This document shows, piece by piece, positions 1 through 13,549 of a stretch of DNA of 55,870 nt (position 1 is its first letter; the number at the start of each line of letters is the position of its first letter). The stretch is from Fibrobacteria bacterium. Its GTDB lineage: Bacteria > Fibrobacterota > Chitinivibrionia > Chitinivibrionales > FEN-1185. The stretch covers positions 1 to 55,870 of the forward strand of contig JBBIGR010000036.1 in assembly GCA_037447435.1 (NCBI GenBank). Reading direction: 5' to 3'. The notes beneath the pieces were generated by a model, which was not told where the DNA came from, ran no database searches, and saw nothing but the letters and a program-made list of their open reading frames with translations. Made by a program: the position numbers and the translations under genes.

Positions 1-37
1 ATAATTTAGTTTAATTAAACCGGGAAAACGGACATGA

Positions 38-184
38 TCTCAGAAACGGCGGGCCATTGACACTCAAATTGCTGATGTCACTTTACGAGCTCAGGCTTTA
101 TTATGGTATTCTATTGAATTTAATGGTGCTATTTGGAATATTAAAAGAGAGGAAAACGATTGTGTACATTTTGAATTTAGTTAA
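38..184 (+). pseudogene. Possible 3' remnant of an M15-like (peptidoglycan peptidase) gene
   Basis: Frame 2 reads SQKRRAIDTQ...EENDCVHFEFS* between stops at 35-37 and 182-184. RAID and HFE loosely resemble M15 metallopeptidase motifs. No start codon. Confidence 0.25.
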
Positions 185-824
185 AACTCCCTCCTTTATC
201 TTATTTGTTGGATTAGTTTTCTTTTTTAACAACTCTTATGCACAACCAGTAAACTTAAAAGAGTCTTTTTTTCCCCTAATACCTGGTTCGTATTGGGTTA
301 TGCAGGATACTTTTTTTTCCAAAGATGCCGAGCAAAGTGCCATAGAAGGAACCGGAATAAATTCGAAAGAAACTAAAACCGACTCAGTATTAGCGGTTAT
401 GAAATATAAAAATGGGTATAAAGTTCAAATGCTTTCCCGAATTGGAATAAAACAAAAATCAGAGGTAAAATTCGAATATTTTTTGGATACGAATCTTTTT
501 GTTTACGAACCAAAAATAAAAAATGATTCAGTTACATTAGGATTACCAATTTGGAAATTATTTCCCAATCATAATGACACAGTTTATGAATTAGCTAGAT
601 CAAATCGAATCCTAATATTTGATTCAGCTAAAAATGATAGTACGATTTTGCTATTTCCAAAATGGAAAAGCAAAAATGAACAGGCATCGTATTTATTCAA
701 AAAAGGAGTCGGGCTAGTAGGGCAAATATATCCTTCATGCGCAAATAGACTCATCGAATACCGCATCGGAAATGGGCCTGTGATAAAAAAGCATTGGCAT
801 ATGGAAACACCACAAGCCAAATGA
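162..824 (+). CDS. Secreted hypothetical protein, paralog of 837..1493
   Basis: GTG at 162 follows AGAGG and gives a signal-peptide-like N-terminus (ORF track starts at 57). Shares FPLxxGSYWxxQDT and LIEYRIGNGPxIKKHW with the next gene. AT-rich. Confidence 0.7.
   Translation: MYILNLVKTPSFILFVGLVFFFNNSYAQPVNLKESFFPLIPGSYWVMQDTFFSKDAEQSAIEGTGINSKETKTDSVLAVMKYKNGYKVQMLSRIGIKQKSEVKFEYFLDTNLFVYEPKIKNDSVTLGLPIWKLFPNHNDTVYELARSNRILIFDSAKNDSTILLFPKWKSKNEQASYLFKKGVGLVGQIYPSCANRLIEYRIGNGPVIKKHWHMETPQAK
750..806 (+). repeat. 57-nt direct repeat, copy 1
   Basis: ctcatcgaataccgcatcgg...atggaa matches 1419..1475 at 52/57 nt (counted by hand). Confidence 0.9.
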
Positions 825-836
825 TTTTCTAATATT

Positions 837-1493
837 ATGAATTATAAATATTTAAACATAACCCGTTTAAAGTTTTTTTTTATAAAACACAATCGTTTTT
901 TAGTATTACAATTATTTACATCTATCATATTTTCCATCACTTATAATGCTAATTCCGAATTTAATAGTTTCAATGATACAAACTCCTATTTCCCCCTCCT
1001 TCAAGGGAGTTATTGGATATGGCAAGATACGGTTCTAAGAAAAAGAAATTCGTTTGAAATATCTGAAGAAATAGATCCTCGTTCTTGCTATACGATAGAC
1101 TCGGTTATTTCGGTTAAAAACACAAATAGTGGTAAAAGAATTGCAGTTAAAAGAAAAATCATAGCCGCTTCGGAAGATACTTTCACATTTTTTTACAACA
1201 TAGATTCTAACGGAACAATATGGTCGTCGAATTCATTAAAAATTGCTAAAAGTAATTTAAGCCTTGGCGATACTCTTTTAAATGAAATTCGGACGCGCTA
1301 TATTATAAAAAATCAAAAAGAAGATTTGGCCATTGCGGTTTCCAGCTTGGAAAAAGTTTTTTTTCGGAAAAGAATTGGTATAACAAATCGACTGTACAGT
1401 ACCAAAAAAGGGAAAAACCTCATCGAATACCGCATCGGGAATGGGCCTATAATAAAAAAGCACTGGCTTATGGAAGCCTTGCAGAACAAATAA
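837..1493 (+). CDS. Secreted hypothetical protein, paralog of 162..824
   Basis: 218-aa ORF with a hydrophobic N-terminal segment and the same two motifs as the upstream gene. Confidence 0.7.
   Translation: MNYKYLNITRLKFFFIKHNRFLVLQLFTSIIFSITYNANSEFNSFNDTNSYFPLLQGSYWIWQDTVLRKRNSFEISEEIDPRSCYTIDSVISVKNTNSGKRIAVKRKIIAASEDTFTFFYNIDSNGTIWSSNSLKIAKSNLSLGDTLLNEIRTRYIIKNQKEDLAIAVSSLEKVFFRKRIGITNRLYSTKKGKNLIEYRIGNGPIIKKHWLMEALQNK
1419..1475 (+). repeat. 57-nt direct repeat, copy 2
   Basis: Matches 750..806 at 52/57 nt. Confidence 0.9.
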
Positions 1494-1541
1494 TCGAAAC
1501 AGAAGCACCCACAAATTCACAGAAAAATTATTGCAAAGGAT

Positions 1542-2249
1542 GTGCCTCATATGCTTCTTGCGATTACAAGGAAAAAGCAAAAATATAATAACGTTTTTTT
1601 TGTAAAGGCATTTTATTGCTTTTTATTTTTTGCGGTTTTGGCAAAAAGCCAAACACCAGGTTATCAACAACTCCTGCCCATAGACGAATCTGATAAAAGC
1701 CAAAGTTTTGCCGCTTTCAAGGGCAAACTCATACAGACATGCTCGACAAAAGACAGTGTCGCTTTATATTCCATACTGTTTAGCGACATCGTATCTTCTT
1801 TTAGTGCCCAAGGATCCGGACTTGTTGCTTTTAAAAATGAATGGAAACCATTTGAAGCAAATTCAGAATTCTGGCCCACCCTCGAAAGTTTACTTAAAAG
1901 AGGATGTACTTCCGAAACGGAACATAACAAACAGCTCTTTATTTGCCCCTATTCATTTTCTCGTTTTCCAAACAATATAACCACCGGAAATCATATTTTA
2001 TTATATGGGAAAAATGTTCCTGTTTTTAAAAAGCCCGACACCTTATCAACTGTTATTTCCAAAGTCGATTATGCAATTTTGGAAGTACGTGCCTCAAAAC
2101 CCAAAGGTTGGGTAAAGGTTACAGGTTTTGGGTTGCCTGATACCGGATATACTTTTTCAAAAAACATTTATTTTCCTGGTGACCCACGAGTCATTTTTGA
2201 AAATAGAAACGGTAAATGGGGAATCTCTACTTTTATCGCCGGTGATTAA
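1542..2249 (+). CDS. Secreted SH3b-domain-containing protein
   Basis: Signal-like segment, PIDE..SF..F..L N-terminal motif, SH3b-like GKNVPV..KP...S.VI....W.KV...GY and C-terminal W...FIAGD. Start uncertain. Confidence 0.65.
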   Translation: MPHMLLAITRKKQKYNNVFFVKAFYCFLFFAVLAKSQTPGYQQLLPIDESDKSQSFAAFKGKLIQTCSTKDSVALYSILFSDIVSSFSAQGSGLVAFKNEWKPFEANSEFWPTLESLLKRGCTSETEHNKQLFICPYSFSRFPNNITTGNHILLYGKNVPVFKKPDTLSTVISKVDYAILEVRASKPKGWVKVTGFGLPDTGYTFSKNIYFPGDPRVIFENRNGKWGISTFIAGD

Positions 2250-2269
2250 ATCTACTCATACTGAGGAAC

Positions 2270-3034
2270 ATGGCAATGAAACTTCTCTGCTGGAATGTCA
2301 ATGGGATACGGGCTGTTGCGAAAAAAGGCATGATCGACTGGCTGGTTAAGGACGATGCCGATATAATTTGCATTCAGGAAACAAAGGTTTTTTCGCCGGA
2401 GGAACTCGACGAGGCCATACTCGCACCGGGAAAATACAAATCGTATTGGAATGCGGCGCATGAAAAAAAGGGCTACAGCGGCGTGGCAATTTATTCGAAA
2501 ACGGAACCGAAAAAAATCGAAAAAGGATTCGGAATAAAGGAATTCGATACCGAAGGCCGCACCATTATTGCCCATTATGAGGATTTCACAGTTGCAAACA
2601 TTTATTTCCCCAACGGGAAACAAAACGAAACGCGTCTCAAGTACAAAATGGACTTCTACGATGCGTTCCTCGATTATTGCGACAATCTCACCAAACAAGG
2701 CGTTCCGCTCGTCATGTGCGGCGACTACAATACGGCCCATAAGGAAATCGATTTGGCCAGGCCGAAGGAAAACCAGAACACGTCGGGCTTTTTGCCGATT
2801 GAGCGGGAATGGATAGACAAATACATCTCTCACGGCTATATCGACACGCTCCGGATGTTTCACGAAGAACCCGAACTGTATAGTTGGTGGGACATGAAAA
2901 CAGGTGCCCGTGCACGCAACGTGGGCTGGCGTATAGACTACTTTTTCGTGAACGAAACGCTAAAGCCGAAAGTCAAGGACGCGTTCATCGTCAAAGACGC
3001 CATGGGATCGGACCATTGCCCTATAGGAATAGAA

Positions 3035-3046
<12 letters not shown>
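2270..3046 (+). CDS. xth: Exodeoxyribonuclease III / AP endonuclease
   Basis: WNVNGIRA, QETK, GYSGVA, GDYNTAH, WRIDYF and SDHCP motifs. Confidence 0.97.
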
Positions 3047-7167
<4,121 letters not shown>

Positions 7168-7295
7168 TTACCCCTTTAAATTAGCGCCTCATTAAAAACG
7201 CCGGCAAATAATATGCATGCGCCCGACCCCTAAAATAGAAACGAATAAAATAGCACCGTGCAGACCAATAAGGAAAGATCAAATGGGGAATTTTT

Positions 7296-7766
7296 TTAAT
7301 TCAGGTAGGCGCTCTTAAGTTTGCTGAATAAAATATCGGCGCTAAACGGTATCGCAAGCACAATTCCCTTTTGAGCCGCCAACGTTTTAATAGGGAGAGC
7401 TTCGGGAGTTTTTGTACACAAAAACACCTGAGCCTTGGGTTGCATCGTCTTGACCGTAGTGAAAACATCCGTCGCCATTTTCCAGTCTGTCGGTAAATCC
7501 ATGTCGAGGATGAGGTTCCGTGTTTCGGTCGAAAGGCAATATTCTATGGCCTCTTCGGCATTTGAAAAATATTGCACCTTGTGGTGTTTTTCCAGTGTCT
7601 TGATAAAGCCGTCGAAAAAGGGGCTTCGCGACGCATACACGACAACCTCTTTTTTCTCAACCTCAGGTTCGGCGTCGGATTCGATTTTGCCTTTTTTACG
7701 TAAATGACCCAATTTATCTAAAAGTTCCTGCCGATTTCTTTCGAAATTCTGATTCATTGGATACAA
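7296..7766 (-). CDS. Atypical (pseudo) receiver-domain protein
   Basis: Receiver-like fold pattern (AEEAIEY...LILDMDLP...VFLCT...IPFS) lacking the acidic pair and the conserved Lys. Confidence 0.6.
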   Translation of the reverse strand: MYPMNQNFERNRQELLDKLGHLRKKGKIESDAEPEVEKKEVVVYASRSPFFDGFIKTLEKHHKVQYFSNAEEAIEYCLSTETRNLILDMDLPTDWKMATDVFTTVKTMQPKAQVFLCTKTPEALPIKTLAAQKGIVLAIPFSADILFSKLKSAYLN

Positions 7767-7870
7767 TCCTGTCTTTAATTTTGGTATGATGATAAATTGT
7801 ATCTCAAAAAATTAAAAAATGCAATATGGTTTTCAATATTTTACAAAAAAACAGCATGTATTTTTGACGT

Positions 7871-8686
7871 ATGGAAAAACCTCAAATCCGAATCATAACC
7901 GACGGTCCGCATACTGCCGCATTCAATATGGCAGCGGATTTGTTCGCGTTGAAACAATGCGAAACCATGCCGATGCTTATCATACGATTATACTCATGGA
8001 AAAGGCCCTCAATCACGCTCGGCATCATGGAAAAACCCGGACAAACGCTGGACTTTGCCGCAATGCGGCAAAACGGCGTTTCGTGGATAAAAAGACCCAC
8101 GGGCGGCAGATCGGTTTTGCATCATGAGGACCTTACCTACAGTTGTATTTATTCGAACACCGTTGATTTTCTGGGAAACGATCTGATGGAATCGTATCGG
8201 ATAATTTCAAATTGCCTCATGAAAGGCTTGTCGTTTTCCGGTATAGAATGCCGGCCCCACGATTCTCCTTTGGATAATTCGCTGGCAAAAAGCCAGGCGA
8301 AACTGCCTTGTTTTTTAGCGCCGAACCGTCACGAAATCATGGTCATGGGGAAAAAGCTTGTGGGCTCGGCGCAGAAAAGAACCGCTTCGGCGGTGTTGCA
8401 ACACGGTTCATTGCCGCTAACGTCCGCCTTTCGGCGTTTGCCCGATTATCTGCAATTGACATCCGAAGAACGCCGGCGCCAAAAGGAATTGCTTGACAAC
8501 AAAACGATCTGCATCGGAGAAATCGAACAAAGCGTATCGGACACCGGCCTGGCCGATTCCCTTGTCAAGGGATTTTGCGATATATTGTCCCTTACAATCC
8601 GCCCCACCTCGTGGTTGGACGAGGAAGTCGATGCCATCGAAGCATTGGCCGCTTCCCCGGAATTCATTACGAAATGGCAAACATAG
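7871..8686 (+). CDS. Lipoate-protein ligase A / LipM octanoyltransferase family
   Basis: NMAAD, RLYSW, RPTGGRSVLH, KKLVGSAQ and LQHGS. Confidence 0.9.
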   Translation: MEKPQIRIITDGPHTAAFNMAADLFALKQCETMPMLIIRLYSWKRPSITLGIMEKPGQTLDFAAMRQNGVSWIKRPTGGRSVLHHEDLTYSCIYSNTVDFLGNDLMESYRIISNCLMKGLSFSGIECRPHDSPLDNSLAKSQAKLPCFLAPNRHEIMVMGKKLVGSAQKRTASAVLQHGSLPLTSAFRRLPDYLQLTSEERRRQKELLDNKTICIGEIEQSVSDTGLADSLVKGFCDILSLTIRPTSWLDEEVDAIEALAASPEFITKWQT

Positions 8687-8783
8687 TTTCCGACACTTCT
8701 ATTATTTTTCCTGTCTTGGTCTAATCGGACCATTACTCGTGAAAAAAGCAAAAGATTAAATAGAACCAGTAATTAAGGAGCGG

Positions 8784-10577
8784 ATGATGAAAAATATATT
8801 GATCGTGTGTACCGTTTTTGCGGCATCTTTACTTCTGACAAGCTGCGGCGGCAAGTCCAAAGCTTCGGGCACGCTTGAAGCGGTCGACTATGCGGCGGTG
8901 CAGGCAAAGGCCGAGGCATTTACTCCTACGACCGGGACGTACGGCGGAGAAATCATACTATCCTCGTTTTCAGACCCCAAATCATTTAACCCAATCACTT
9001 GCACCGAAGTAACCACCAGCGATTTCACCGGTTATATGTATGAAGGGTTAGTTCATATCAACGGCGTGACGTTAAAACCGGAACCCGGCCTGGCATCGTC
9101 GTGGACCGTATCGAAGGACGGTTTGACCTGGGTGTTTTCGATTCGCCCGGGCGTGTTATGGTCCGACAGCGTCCCGTTTTCCGCGTACGATGTCGAATTT
9201 ACATTCAATAGCCTCGTGCTGAGCGATTCGGTCAATCCCAACTCGTCGCGAGATATGTTCACCATCGACGGCAAACGTCCCCAGGTTAAGGCACTTGACA
9301 GCACAAGAGTCCAATTCGTATTGCCCACGCCGTTTGCACCGTTTTTACGTGCAATGGCCCAGGAAATCCTGCCCAAACACAAATATGAGAAATATGTAAA
9401 AGACAACAGTTTTTCGAATGCGCTTGGAATCCAAACGCCGCCGGATTCATTGGTCGGCACCGGTCCCTTTTTGATCGAATCGTTCGTTTCATCGCAAAAG
9501 GTGTCGTTTAAGCGAAATCCGTTGTATTGGCAAAAAGATTCCGCCGGAAACCGCCTGCCATATCTGTCACGCGTAATTTACACGATAGTACTCGACCAAA
9601 ACGCCGAACTGTTGCGGTTCAAACGCGGTGAAATCGATTATCTTAAAGCAAAAGGCGAAGACTTCCCCACGCTTAAAAAAGACGAGGCGCACGGTAATTA
9701 TACGGTGCATCGGCTCGGGCCTGCATCCGGGAGTTTTTTCGTGTTTTTCAATCAGAACGCGCAACGAGATCCAAAGACCCATAAGCCGTATGTCGATTCG
9801 GTGAAACTTTCGTGGTTCAGAAACCCAAAATTCCGCCAGGGCGTCGCGTACGCTCTCGACAAGGAAAGTATGATTCGTATCGTTATGAACGGTTTGGGCT
9901 ACCCGCAATGGGGACCGATGAGCCCTTCCGAGGGATACTTTTACAATCCGAATGTCGCCAAATATCCCTACGACATCGCAAAGGCCAAGGCAACCCTCGC
10001 CGAAGCCGGTTTTACCGATAAGAACAACGACGGCATCATAGAAGACAGCGCGGGCCATCCCGTCGAATTCTCTTTTGTTACTAACAGCGGGAACAACGTG
10101 CGGCTCAAGCTCTCGGAAATCATCAGAAAAGATTTTGAAACATTGGGGTTCAAGGTCCATTTCCAGCAAATTGAATTCAACAGCCTGATACAAAAAATCG
10201 ACAATCCTCCCTATGAATGGGATGCGATAATGCTCGGACTCACCGGCGGCGTCGAACCGCATATGGGCAAGAACGTATGGCATTCGACGGGATCGCTTCA
10301 TATGTGGAACCCGCGCCAACCCAAGCCGTCGACTGCATGGGAAAAGAGCATCGACAGCATTTACGACGCTGCGGTCAAGGAACTCGACGAAACCAAGCGG
10401 AAGGCATTGTACGACCGCTGGCAGGAAATCGCCGCAGAACAGTTGCCGCTCATTTACACGGTGCTTCCCGAACAGATTTTTTGCATTGCTAATAAATTCG
10501 GTAATATAAACCCCTGTCCCAACGGCGGAATACTGCACAATATCCAGTGGGTTTACCGCTTGCAACAGGCACACTGA
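8784..10577 (+). CDS. ABC transporter family-5 substrate-binding lipoprotein (Opp/Dpp type)
   Basis: Lipobox LTSC, DPKSFNP, PGLASSW..S.DGLTW and GTGPF. Confidence 0.95.
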   Translation: MMKNILIVCTVFAASLLLTSCGGKSKASGTLEAVDYAAVQAKAEAFTPTTGTYGGEIILSSFSDPKSFNPITCTEVTTSDFTGYMYEGLVHINGVTLKPEPGLASSWTVSKDGLTWVFSIRPGVLWSDSVPFSAYDVEFTFNSLVLSDSVNPNSSRDMFTIDGKRPQVKALDSTRVQFVLPTPFAPFLRAMAQEILPKHKYEKYVKDNSFSNALGIQTPPDSLVGTGPFLIESFVSSQKVSFKRNPLYWQKDSAGNRLPYLSRVIYTIVLDQNAELLRFKRGEIDYLKAKGEDFPTLKKDEAHGNYTVHRLGPASGSFFVFFNQNAQRDPKTHKPYVDSVKLSWFRNPKFRQGVAYALDKESMIRIVMNGLGYPQWGPMSPSEGYFYNPNVAKYPYDIAKAKATLAEAGFTDKNNDGIIEDSAGHPVEFSFVTNSGNNVRLKLSEIIRKDFETLGFKVHFQQIEFNSLIQKIDNPPYEWDAIMLGLTGGVEPHMGKNVWHSTGSLHMWNPRQPKPSTAWEKSIDSIYDAAVKELDETKRKALYDRWQEIAAEQLPLIYTVLPEQIFCIANKFGNINPCPNGGILHNIQWVYRLQQAH

Positions 10578-10578
10578 C

Positions 10579-10595
10579 CCCATGCTCCGCATGGG
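10579..10595. other. Intergenic hairpin after the binding-protein gene
   Basis: cccatgc-tcc-gcatggg, a perfect 7-bp stem. Confidence 0.6.
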
Positions 10596-10655
10596 ATAAG
10601 TTTATTTTATATATTATCTACGCGAAAAACGTAGATAATCCAGATATAGGTACTA

Positions 10656-11636
10656 ATGCGCGACGACCTGATACGCAGAACTCTGATTTTCGTTCCCCAG
10701 CTTTTGCTGGTGACGTTCATCACCTTCCTTTTTATCAATATGGCTCCCGGCGATATCCTTGCCAAATACCGATTCGACCCGCGCATTTCCCCGGCATCGG
10801 TCAAGGAAATCGAGCACAAGTTTCATTTCGACGAACCGGTGCTGGTACAATACGGGTACTGGCTCGTGCGCCTGTGCCATTTGGACCTCGGGTATTCTTT
10901 TTCGCGTGAAGCAAGTGTTTCCTCGGTAATCGTGGAACGCATGGGGAACACGCTTTTAATGTCGTCATTCGCGCTCATTTTTACCTGGCTCATCGCGTTA
11001 CCCCTGGGAATTTTTGCCGCTGTCAAGCAATATTCCTGGGGCGACAGGATCTTGTCGTTCATATCCTATTTCGGCATGTCGCTGCCCGGCTTTTTCCTGG
11101 CGCTCTTGCTTATGTTCGGCATTTACAGCCTCAGCAACATGTCGTTCGGCGCGGCAATACCCATAGGCGGCATGGTTTCCCCCAATCACGACCAGATGAC
11201 TTTTTTCGGACAGATTTGGGACCATATTCTCCATCTTATCCTGCCGGTCATCGTGCTTACCGTGGGCGCACTTGCAAGCCTGCAGCGTATCGCACGGGGC
11301 AACATGCTCGAAGAATTGCGGAAGCAATATGTGACGACCGCCCGTGCAAAGGGCCTTCCCGAGAACCAGGTAATTTACAAACATGCATTGCGCAATGCGA
11401 TAAACCCGCTTATCACGTTGTTCGGATTTTCCTTTTCCGAACTATTATCGGGCGCGGCACTGCTTGAAATCATCATCAATTGGCCCGGACTGGGAAGTCT
11501 TATGCTCGAGGCGGTTCGGTCCCAAGATACGTTTTTAGTCATGGGCAGCATGCTCATGGGCGGCATCATGTTAATTATCGGAAACCTAATCGCCGATATT
11601 TTATTGGTCATCGTGGACCCGAGGGTGCGTTCATGA
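10656..11636 (+). CDS. ABC transporter permease (OppB/DppB)
   Basis: APGD, DLGYSF and the EAA-loop motif TARAKGL...KHALRNA. Confidence 0.95.
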   Translation: MRDDLIRRTLIFVPQLLLVTFITFLFINMAPGDILAKYRFDPRISPASVKEIEHKFHFDEPVLVQYGYWLVRLCHLDLGYSFSREASVSSVIVERMGNTLLMSSFALIFTWLIALPLGIFAAVKQYSWGDRILSFISYFGMSLPGFFLALLLMFGIYSLSNMSFGAAIPIGGMVSPNHDQMTFFGQIWDHILHLILPVIVLTVGALASLQRIARGNMLEELRKQYVTTARAKGLPENQVIYKHALRNAINPLITLFGFSFSELLSGAALLEIIINWPGLGSLMLEAVRSQDTFLVMGSMLMGGIMLIIGNLIADILLVIVDPRVRS

Positions 11637-12709
11637 ACATGTTCAGAAATCAACGTTCGCTTCGGAAATTACTGAAACACCCCCTGGCCGTAGCCGGCTT
11701 TGTCGTGTTGGTAGTGTTTTACTTTATCATGTTTTTTGCCGAATTTATCGCTCCGTACGGGTTCGACAACAGCAAACGGGACAATTCGTTTATTCCTCCC
11801 AGCAGGATCCATTTCGTTCATGACGGCCATTTTTCGGTTCGGCCGCTCATTTACCCCTACTCTTATACGTTTAATTCCTTTGCCGAGCGCACCTATGTGG
11901 AAGACAAGACAAAACCGTACTATCTTTCTTTTTTCGGCAAAGGCGATAAGGTTAACTTATGGGGCTTTGTTCCTATTTCGCATCATTTGTTCGGCGTTGC
12001 GAATAATCCCGACAATTGTCGGATTTACATAATCGGAGCCGACGGTGTCGGGCGCGACCTTTTTTCGCGCATCGTGTACGGCTCACGGATATCGTTGACA
12101 ATAGGCTTTTTCGGCGTGGCCATTACGTTTCTTTTAGGCTTTTTATACGGCGGTATTTCGGGATATTACGGCGGCAAGCTCGACAGCGCGCTCATGCGTT
12201 TTGCCGAATGTTTCATGCTTATTCCGAGCTTTTTTCTCATGCTGGCCCTGCGAAGCGCGTTCCCCATGAAATTATCGTCGTCGCAGGTATATCTACTCAT
12301 TGTCGTCATCATCAGTTTTATTGAATGGGCCGGTCTTGCGCGTATTATCCGCGGCATGTCGCTTTCCATTGCAAAACAGGATTTCGTGAAAGCCGCAAAA
12401 GCGCTCGGCGCCTCGGATTTTCGTATCATAGTCCGTCATATACTTCCACAAACACTATCGTATGCCATAGTCGCGGTCACCCTGACCATTCCCCATTATA
12501 TACTCGGCGAATCGGCGCTCAGCCTCATCGGTTTGGGCATTCAAGACCCGCAAGCCAGTTGGGGCAATCTTTTATCTGCGGCAATGAACGTTTCCGATAT
12601 CCAATATCACCCCTGGGTACTTATCCCCGGGATATTCATTTTCCTCTCTGTCATGGCCTTCAATTTTATCGGCGACGGTTTGCGCGACGCTTTGGACCCC
12701 AACCGCTAA
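11633..12709 (+). CDS. ABC transporter permease (OppC/DppC)
   Basis: GADGVGRDLFSRIVYGSRISL, AAKALGAS..RII.RHILP and FNFIGDGLRDALDP. Start overlaps the upstream stop (ATGA). Confidence 0.95.
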   Translation: MNMFRNQRSLRKLLKHPLAVAGFVVLVVFYFIMFFAEFIAPYGFDNSKRDNSFIPPSRIHFVHDGHFSVRPLIYPYSYTFNSFAERTYVEDKTKPYYLSFFGKGDKVNLWGFVPISHHLFGVANNPDNCRIYIIGADGVGRDLFSRIVYGSRISLTIGFFGVAITFLLGFLYGGISGYYGGKLDSALMRFAECFMLIPSFFLMLALRSAFPMKLSSSQVYLLIVVIISFIEWAGLARIIRGMSLSIAKQDFVKAAKALGASDFRIIVRHILPQTLSYAIVAVTLTIPHYILGESALSLIGLGIQDPQASWGNLLSAAMNVSDIQYHPWVLIPGIFIFLSVMAFNFIGDGLRDALDPNR

Positions 12710-12720
12710 TCGCAGTTTCC

Positions 12721-13326
12721 ATGAACGGTACCGCAACACTGAAAAGCCTCCTGTATGGCCTTTATTGCCGTCTAAGAGACTCGTGGTCGCATACAAACAC
12801 ATGCGGCAAGGTTTACGAGGCTTACAATTTTAGCGGCTCTGAAAGGCTTTGGTATGATGCATCAGGCTGGTCGACGCTCAAGCGGGCCAATGATTGGCTG
12901 CCTTTTTCATCCGAGGATGTTTTTGCGGATTTTGGTTGCGGCAAAGGACGAATTCTTTTTTGTGCGGCAAAGTTTCCATTCAAGAAAATAATAGGAATAG
13001 AATTATCGCCGGCACTATTAGATATTGCAAAAAAAAATGTTCTGAGAAATTCAACCCGCCTTGTTTGCAAAAACATTGATTTCATATTGGCAGACGCAAC
13101 CGATTTCGTCATTCCAAAAAATTTGACCATTATCTATATGTTCAATGCTTTTAAAGGAAGCGTATTTAAAAAGGTAATGGAAAACATCCATTCTTCTTAT
13201 ATTAAAAACCCGCGAAAAATCAGGCTCATTTATTTGAACCCCAGAATGCATGACTATTTAATGGAATGCGAATGGATCAGGTTGGCAGTGAAAGACGGAA
13301 AAATGAATATTTACGAAACAGCATAA
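12721..13326 (+). CDS. Class I SAM-dependent methyltransferase
   Basis: DFGCGKGR, GIELS, DAT and YMFNAF. Start at ATG 12721 just after the permease. Confidence 0.85.
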   Translation: MNGTATLKSLLYGLYCRLRDSWSHTNTCGKVYEAYNFSGSERLWYDASGWSTLKRANDWLPFSSEDVFADFGCGKGRILFCAAKFPFKKIIGIELSPALLDIAKKNVLRNSTRLVCKNIDFILADATDFVIPKNLTIIYMFNAFKGSVFKKVMENIHSSYIKNPRKIRLIYLNPRMHDYLMECEWIRLAVKDGKMNIYETA

Positions 13327-13327
13327 A

Positions 13328-13368
13328 AAAAAGCCCGCTTCCGTTATTACACGGAAAGCAGGCTTTTT
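13328..13368. terminator. Bidirectional intrinsic terminator
   Basis: aaaaagcccgcttccgt...acggaaagcaggcttttt, an imperfect stem with A and T tracts between convergent units. Confidence 0.75.
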
Positions 13369-13369
13369 A

Positions 13370-13446
13370 TGGCGGGCTGGACGAGGCTCGAACTCGCGAC
13401 CTCCGGCTTGACAGGCCGGCGCTCTAACCGACTGAGCTACCAGCCC
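13370..13446 (-). tRNA. tRNA-Asp (GTC), CCA encoded
   Basis: Reverse complement GGGCTGGTAGCTCAGTCGGTTAGAGCGCCGGCCT-GTC-AAGCCGGAGGTCGCGAGTTCGAGCCTCGTCCAGCCCGCCA forms a cloverleaf. Confidence 0.97.
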
Positions 13447-13472
13447 TTCCTGTCAATTATCAATTTATTAAA

Positions 13473-13547
13473 TGGGCGTTGTAGGATTCGAACCTACGAC
13501 CCTCTGCTTGTAAGGCAGATGCTCTATACCAACTGAGCTAAACGCCC
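13473..13547 (-). tRNA. tRNA-Val (TAC), CCA not encoded
   Basis: Reverse complement GGGCGTTTAGCTCAGTTGGTATAGAGCATCTGCCT-TAC-AAGCAGAGGGTCGTAGGTTCGAATCCTACAACGCCCA. Confidence 0.97.
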
Positions 13548-13549
13548 GA

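Noticed and set aside
2252..2863. 203-aa antisense ORF
   Set aside because: Shadow of xth.
9567..10592. 341-aa antisense ORF
   Set aside because: Shadow of the ABC binding-protein gene, with no recognisable motifs.
12325..12720. N-terminal extension of the methyltransferase ORF
   Set aside because: Overlaps the OppC permease in another frame. ATG 12721 gives a compact methyltransferase.
13370..13547. Either tRNA as tRNA-Sec or a suppressor
   Set aside because: The anticodons are GTC and TAC with short variable arms. No sel genes occur in this window.
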